Part shown: positions 35,003-40,326 of the stretch, one piece after another
Layout of the letters: every line of letters starts with the position of its first letter
Numbering within the stretch: the stretch's first letter is position 1
Virus record (IMG/VR): IMGVR_UViG_3300040971_000158
Coordinates: 1-40,326 of that record
Direction: 5' to 3' (one strand)
DNA from: a virus
Taxonomy: Duplodnaviria > Caudoviricetes
Length of the DNA: 40,326 nucleotides
Translations under genes and position numbers: made by a program
Notes under the pieces: generated by a model
What the model saw: only the letters and a program-made list of their open reading frames with translations
The model's database searches: none
What the model was told of the DNA's origin: nothing

Positions 35003-37657
35003 TTACGCCATAATGACGTACGCGCCTTTTTCGGGCACCGGCGCATCCGAGCCGTTGAACTCTTCAACGTAATACTGGTCGTTGGCTTTCAGCTTCAGAT
35101 TGCTGTCAAAGCTGGGATACGGTCCCTTGACCAGCATGGCCTGGAAGATGCGGTGCATAACGATCTGGCGGTTGATGGACTGGAAGTAGCCATCCGGGTG
35201 CTCGGTGGACCAGAACACCGGCAGGCCGTTGATCGAACCGGCGAACCCATTGCCCATTCGTTCGTCGCCAGGGCGCTTGCCGGCAGCGGTGAACCCGCTC
35301 CAGTGCGAGAGCTTTTCGACGTTGGTCAGGCTCGAAAGGTAGGAAGTCGGCTCATAGTAGCGGTTCGCAACCTTGACCCTGGCCGTGCCCAATTTTTGCA
35401 CCAGCAGATCCAGGCTATCGCTGGCAGCTGTCCAGGTGCCGCCGCTGTTGTTGGGGACCGACAAAACCGCGCTCAGGCTCAGGTAGATCAAGCCATTATC
35501 GATCTTGCGGCGCACCTGCTTGACCAGGCTGTCCAGGGTGCGGCCAATGGCATCCCAGCCAAGCTGCGAGCGACCGAACACAATCGCCTCGCGGGTGACT
35601 TCATCAGCCAGGCGGTCTGCAGCGATTTCGAGTGTTTTGGACGCCAGGGTCAGCTTGCCGCGCTCGATGCCCACGTTTTCACCCTTGCGGATGGCCGTGT
35701 ACGAATAGGCGGTCAGGTGCAGCACGTCAGCGGCAGTGATATCGCCGCCGGTGAGGGCTTTGATACGCCCATTGGCATAATCGACAACATAATCGCTGCC
35801 ATAGTCGTAGGTGGTATCTTCGGCTTCGTTTTTGACCACCAGCGTTCCGGGGGTGATGCGTTTGTTGGCCAGGCTGTACCAGGTGTCGAGAGCTGCGATG
35901 GTAACAACCTCGTCAGCCGAGATCGCGCCGGTATAACCGGTCTCGCCGCTGAAAGTCTCATAAAAGATTTTTGACGGGGCCTGGTCGGTGGTGTCCACAT
36001 CGAAGATGCCCAGGGCAACCAGCGCCGGGAAGGCTTCTTCGATGACGGAGCGGCTGACCGAATACGGCAGGTTCAGGTCGCTGGTGGTTTCGGCTTCCTG
36101 CAGCAGGCGCGATTCCAGCATCAGGTGCTGCTTGTTGTCGCGGTCGAATTTTTCCAGGATGCGGGCCGTAACATCTTCGTTGACGGTGCGCGTGTTGCGG
36201 AAATCCGGCCGGCGATTATGATTCTCGCGGCGGATCGATTCGGCCAGTTGAAATGCACCGCGCGCAAATTCCGGCACGCCAGTCTCGGCTTCGAGCACCG
36301 GCGCCACGCCAGTGATACGGCCGGTAAATCCGCGGGCTTCGAGCTTGCGACCGGCAAAGATCTTGTCGTACTCTTTGCGCTTGGCTTCCACCAGGCTTTT
36401 GACACCGGCCGCATCCTGCGGGTTGGCCGAGCGGATGCCCTCAACGAAGGTTTTATTGCCTTCATCCCCGTAGGGAAGTTCTTTGGTGGCTTCGTCGATG
36501 GCGACGGTGATCGCCTGCGAGCGCTGAGACTCGTCAAAACGAGTGGCTTTTTCACTCATTTCGCGCAGGCTTTCGGAGATATTGACCTTCGACAGGTCGA
36601 TCTTCATCGCTTCGCTGACCTTGCCTAACAGCGTTTGCAACTGCGATTCGGACATGGCCCGGAGTTGATCCTCCGAAACATTTGTGAACAGGTCTGGGCG
36701 CGCCTCAAGCAGCGCCAGGAGTTTTTCGAGCAGGTTCATTTTATTTTCCTCCAGTTGTTTGGATTCGTAATAGGTAGTGCCCGCTTCCGGGTCACTTTGT
36801 TCGTTTTGCGCGGTTAGGTCATAGCCAGTAATTACCAGCTCCGTGATTTCCTCGACATTTCTGTTTTCTCGCTTCACGATTCTGGAATCACCATTTGCGC
36901 GTTGACTTATACCTGGTCGAACACCACCCTTCATCAGAGCGCGGATGTCCTTGCCTTTGGCTGTGCCAAGCAAATTGCCTTCCAGCAATACCTGGCGGCC
37001 ATCAAAAGTGACGTTGTCCCAATTGATGACCGTTTCCATAAGCATCGAACGCCGATTGCCCTTATCCTCAGGGTGATCTGCCTCCCCAGTAGTCACCGAT
37101 AAAATGCGGCCTTGACCTGCACTCTCGTTCAGATGGGCTTTTAACTGCTGCACCGCTGCCTCGAGCACACGCGCCGGATAAATACGATAGTTGCCATTGA
37201 TGACATCTGCTGTTATGCCGATCCCTTTGATGCGCCAGGGACCATCGAGATTGTCATCATCGGCTTCTGATTCGTTCAGCGTCAGCGATTGATTGATGCT
37301 TTCAACCAGCCGCTTGCCTTTTTTTCTTTTTTGGCTTTCGCCAATTTCTGCCATAGTTTCTTCCTGGCCAGCCGGGCGATAAGTCAACTCGACTACTGGC
37401 CAGGGCTGCGAGCCGAACTCAAATCCGCTCTCAGACTTGGAGAACTCAACCCGATAAAACTCATCAGGCATAAGCTTGGCGTTGGCGCCGGATCCGTAAG
37501 TGCTGACGATCAAATGATCGGTAAACACTTCTTCCACCGAATACCAACCACCTTCAGGATCTGGAAATTTATTGCGAAAAGCCGTCAAGATCTCCATTCT
37601 CTGGTAATCCAGCGAGCCTTTTGTAATTTCCTCGAGCTTTTTTCCTTTATATTTCAT
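35003..37657 (-). CDS. Prohead protease-scaffold-major capsid polyprotein
   Basis: T4 gp21-like motifs ADVINGNYRIYP, GEADHP, GISQRANG, ITGYDL; helical scaffold region; C-terminal capsid domain; GGAGG RBS before MKYKGK. Confidence 0.85.
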   Translation of the reverse strand: MKYKGKKLEEITKGSLDYQRMEILTAFRNKFPDPEGGWYSVEEVFTDHLIVSTYGSGANAKLMPDEFYRVEFSKSESGFEFGSQPWPVVELTYRPAGQEETMAEIGESQKRKKGKRLVESINQSLTLNESEADDDNLDGPWRIKGIGITADVINGNYRIYPARVLEAAVQQLKAHLNESAGQGRILSVTTGEADHPEDKGNRRSMLMETVINWDNVTFDGRQVLLEGNLLGTAKGKDIRALMKGGVRPGISQRANGDSRIVKRENRNVEEITELVITGYDLTAQNEQSDPEAGTTYYESKQLEENKMNLLEKLLALLEARPDLFTNVSEDQLRAMSESQLQTLLGKVSEAMKIDLSKVNISESLREMSEKATRFDESQRSQAITVAIDEATKELPYGDEGNKTFVEGIRSANPQDAAGVKSLVEAKRKEYDKIFAGRKLEARGFTGRITGVAPVLEAETGVPEFARGAFQLAESIRRENHNRRPDFRNTRTVNEDVTARILEKFDRDNKQHLMLESRLLQEAETTSDLNLPYSVSRSVIEEAFPALVALGIFDVDTTDQAPSKIFYETFSGETGYTGAISADEVVTIAALDTWYSLANKRITPGTLVVKNEAEDTTYDYGSDYVVDYANGRIKALTGGDITAADVLHLTAYSYTAIRKGENVGIERGKLTLASKTLEIAADRLADEVTREAIVFGRSQLGWDAIGRTLDSLVKQVRRKIDNGLIYLSLSAVLSVPNNSGGTWTAASDSLDLLVQKLGTARVKVANRYYEPTSYLSSLTNVEKLSHWSGFTAAGKRPGDERMGNGFAGSINGLPVFWSTEHPDGYFQSINRQIVMHRIFQAMLVKGPYPSFDSNLKLKANDQYYVEEFNGSDAPVPEKGAYVIMA

Positions 37658-37667
37658 AGCCTGCCTC

Positions 37668-39245
37668 CTAATAGATTCCTGCTGGAACACTGAAAATTTC
37701 TTCACTGCTGACCACCATCGCCGGGCTGCTGGCCGGGCGCTGATTGTCCCTGGCATCCTCAGCGATCATCTGCACGCCACCGCTGGCGGTATCCACCTGG
37801 TCATCATATTTGCCTGTCGGGAAGGAAATCGCCTCGCGGATGAACTGTAAATTCCAACCGCCGCGCACCAGGCGGACCTTGCCTTTGCGCGCCCGGCTGC
37901 GCAGTGGTCGCGCGCGAGTGACCTTGTCGCCGTTGGGCTGGATGGCCAGTATTGTTTTATCGATCAGGCGAGGATCCTTCATCAGGTCAGACCAGACCAA
38001 AGACTGGAAGGCAACATCTTCCAGACCCCAGATCGTTTCGCGCTCATCTGGGTCGAGCATCCAACCCACCAGGTCGTCGAGAAACTTTTCGAGTTTTCGC
38101 TCGCGCAGCATATCGCGCAGGTACAAATATCCCTGGCTGTCCATCGCCTCGGCGACCACAGCGTTGTAGTCGCTGATGGCTGTTTTGCCGAGCGCCAAAT
38201 CGACATAGGCGTACCACTGCAAACCCTCGGGCACCGTCCCAGGCTCAACAATCGGGAAATCAGTTTCTTCGAAGAAACCACCCGAGACCTGGGCCGGAAG
38301 CTGCTGGCCCTGACTGATAAATTCATCGTCGCCGATGTTCTGGCGAATGCGTTCGGCCGCAACTTCGTTATATTTTTCAGGCCAGAGTGCCTGGCCAGGC
38401 TTGCGACCGAGCGGGTCGCGCATCGGGATATAAATGCCGCGCAGCAGGTTTTCCTGGAACTGCTCTTGGTTCTGCGGGTATTCGTTGGCTTCCAGGGCCA
38501 ACATCGGCAGGTGGATCACTTCCCAGGGTTCGCCCATGCCGCTGGCCATTTCGATCAGCAGCTCGCCGGTAAGATCAAGCGGGTGCCAGCGCGTATGAAT
38601 GACAATGATCGCGCCGCCATCCTCCAAACGGGTGTAGGCCGAGCCGCGATACCAGCGCATCACCGACCTGCGATAGTTTTCACTGTCGGCCTCATCCCGT
38701 TTTTTATAAGGGTCGTCGATGATCAGCAGGTGAGCACCCTTACCAACGATACCGCCGCCGATGCCGGCAGCAGTCACGCCGCCGCGGTGATTTTGCAGGG
38801 ACCAGTTCGCCCGCTTGCGGGTTTCCTGGCTGACCTCGACCGGGCCATCGTCATCATAGGTGCCCAGTTCGCCGAACAGGGCTTTGAACCCATCGCTCGA
38901 AACGTAATCGCGGATTTTGCGGCTGTCGTCTTCGGCCAGATCTGCGCCGTAACTGGTAACCATGACGCGCTTGTCCGGCAGGCATCCCAAAAGCCAAGAA
39001 GGCAGGAGCCGGGTTACTTCCTCGCTTTTGCCATGCCTGAACGGCATATTGATGATCAAACGGCCAATGCCTTGCTTGCCACCGGTCTCGATGTAGAGCT
39101 TGACCTGCTCCAGCTTTTGGGCCACATAGCGGTGAGCGCGCGCCGGTTTGTACCAGGGCGCCACATAGGTCGAAAAGTCGATCAGGTGCCGGCGGGCTTT
39201 TTCCCGCCGGGCCCGCTCAGCCAGAGCATCAAGCGGTGTAATCAT
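37668..39245 (-). CDS. terL: Terminase large subunit
   Basis: MPFRHGKS Walker A, GKGAHLLIIDDP Walker B, TRWH, YVDLA and FPTGKYDDQVD nuclease motifs. Confidence 0.96.
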   Translation of the reverse strand: MITPLDALAERARREKARRHLIDFSTYVAPWYKPARAHRYVAQKLEQVKLYIETGGKQGIGRLIINMPFRHGKSEEVTRLLPSWLLGCLPDKRVMVTSYGADLAEDDSRKIRDYVSSDGFKALFGELGTYDDDGPVEVSQETRKRANWSLQNHRGGVTAAGIGGGIVGKGAHLLIIDDPYKKRDEADSENYRRSVMRWYRGSAYTRLEDGGAIIVIHTRWHPLDLTGELLIEMASGMGEPWEVIHLPMLALEANEYPQNQEQFQENLLRGIYIPMRDPLGRKPGQALWPEKYNEVAAERIRQNIGDDEFISQGQQLPAQVSGGFFEETDFPIVEPGTVPEGLQWYAYVDLALGKTAISDYNAVVAEAMDSQGYLYLRDMLRERKLEKFLDDLVGWMLDPDERETIWGLEDVAFQSLVWSDLMKDPRLIDKTILAIQPNGDKVTRARPLRSRARKGKVRLVRGGWNLQFIREAISFPTGKYDDQVDTASGGVQMIAEDARDNQRPASSPAMVVSSEEIFSVPAGIY

Positions 39246-39918
39246 CGCTAAGCTCCTCATCGTCCTGCAGCTCACCCTGCAATTGCCTCATCAACTCTTT
39301 GATCTTTGCAGGATCGCCGCTCAGCGCATCCAGTTCGGCGTCCGACATATCCCGGACCGTACTTTTTGCCTTGCGGGTGATTTCAAGCTTTTTGTTTTCG
39401 CTATAGTCGCCAGTCATGGTCAGGTAAATCCGCCGGTCCGGGCTGTGCTTGTAATCGACATCAGATGCAGACACCTTAAGTGCGCGCAAAACATCAGCGC
39501 GCGTGTCGAGCATCTCAGATGCTTGCAGATCGGCGATCAACTGGTCGAGAGTCGGGTGCTTTTTGCGCCAGGTCGCAATAACCCGGTCGCTGGTCAGTCC
39601 GAGCACGTTCGTTGCAAGCTCTTCCTGCGACTTTGGCCAGCGCCGCGATTTCGGCATGGTGCTCCAGGCCACCCAGGCCGCCATGCGCCACGGCCAGCCA
39701 GCGTTGATCAAGTCGTGATACGTGTCAGCCCAATCGGCATCGCCGTTCCCATCCTCGACGTAACTCTTCAGGGCCTGGTGGGCAGCCTGCGCCCGGATGC
39801 GCACATCCGCAGCCGTAAGCGGCAATACCGCATCCCGGCCAGATTCATCAGCGGCAGCAATATCGTGCTCACTGACAAAGTTTTCGAGTTCGAGCTGGGT
39901 CACTTTACGAATAGCCAT
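39229..39918 (-). CDS. terS: Terminase small subunit (HTH)
   Basis: PKSQEELATNVLGLTSDRVIATWRKK HTH; MSDAELD tail; directly upstream of terL. Confidence 0.75.
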   Translation of the reverse strand: MAIRKVTQLELENFVSEHDIAAADESGRDAVLPLTAADVRIRAQAAHQALKSYVEDGNGDADWADTYHDLINAGWPWRMAAWVAWSTMPKSRRWPKSQEELATNVLGLTSDRVIATWRKKHPTLDQLIADLQASEMLDTRADVLRALKVSASDVDYKHSPDRRIYLTMTGDYSENKKLEITRKAKSTVRDMSDAELDALSGDPAKIKELMRQLQGELQDDEELSDDYTA

Positions 39919-39925
39919 TACCTAC

Positions 39926-40270
39926 TCACTCACTTTTCAGGAAATCGATCATCCTGTTGATCATGTCGCGGCGCCCATCCATAAACCCGCGGTTGTAATC
40001 GTTCGTGTCGCTGGGTGGTGCTCCGTTATTGCTGACATTGCATAGATAGGTACCGGTGGGCAGGCGCACACAAATGTATGCATCCTGATCCCGCTTTTGT
40101 GGGTGGATGATCTTGGCCCATTGTTCGGTTGTTTTCTGGCCTGGGTCATCCAGCAGACGAATAACTTCAAATTCCTGACCATTCTTGGCGTCATCAAGCA
40201 CAGCAGCACCGGCATTTGGCCCGCGCCTGATTTTTACAATTGGTTTGCTTACGGTCAGCATCAGAGTCAT
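39926..40270 (-). CDS. Stand-alone SH3b-like domain protein
   Basis: VKIRRGPNAGAAVLDDAKNGQEFEV...WAKI...AYI pattern; C-terminal DYNRGFMDG. Confidence 0.7.
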   Translation of the reverse strand: MTLMLTVSKPIVKIRRGPNAGAAVLDDAKNGQEFEVIRLLDDPGQKTTEQWAKIIHPQKRDQDAYICVRLPTGTYLCNVSNNGAPPSDTNDYNRGFMDGRRDMINRMIDFLKSE

Positions 40271-40326
40271 TGTTGTGTCTCCGTGAAAGATTTTGTTCGA
40301 CGCTTGGGGGCAGCCGGTCGATCAGC
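40209..40326 (+). repeat. Terminal direct repeat, copy 2 (circularisation overlap)
   Basis: Identical to 1-118. The stop of ORF 59-499 and the ATG of ORF 39926-40270 overlap as ATGA within it. Confidence 0.97.

Larger units (their letters stand above)
1..40326. mobile_element. Complete circular temperate tailed phage (siphovirus-like), about 40,208 bp unique length; probable Chloroflexota host
   Basis: Terminase, portal, capsid, tail, tape measure, repressor and integrase are all present; 118-bp end overlap; no obvious host housekeeping genes. Host is inferred from Ala/Thr-rich lipoprotein style and a small protein family I associate with Anaerolineae. Confidence 0.93.

Overview
The window is almost certainly one complete, circularly assembled temperate tailed-phage genome of about 40.2 kb: bases 1-118 are identical to 40209-40326, and a gene junction runs across the join. 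The tail module is siphovirus-like. The host is probably a Chloroflexota (Anaerolineae-like) bacterium; this is an inference from protein style, not a database result. Almost all genes are on the minus strand. The exception is a plus-strand lysogeny block (18360-21626) with a repressor, three membrane proteins and a large serine integrase. The late region runs: two membrane/holin-like genes, SH3 protein, TerS, TerL, a T4-gp21-like protease/scaffold/capsid polyprotein, head-tail proteins, a displaced portal, minor head protein, tail genes and an SGNH-esterase tail fibre. The early region has a Cro-like RHH protein, a second (tyrosine) recombinase, a C5 methylase, a frameshifted Topo VI-A/Mini-A-like gene, a split primase/ATPase with a probable iteron origin, a four-gene membrane/FtsK module, ASCH, an amino-methylase with five SPPY/F motifs, and DUF5131. 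The strongest candidate novel system is the FtsK/TraB-like translocase. Its 3' end holds nine co-oriented GTCCRRACC repeats and it is flanked by a lipoprotein and Spd-like membrane proteins, which resembles the Streptomyces TraB/clt/Spd dsDNA transfer module inside a virion-forming phage. Also notable is a putative attP inside the integrase 3' end whose core mimics a tRNA 3' end. All calls come from motif reading only; no searches were run.
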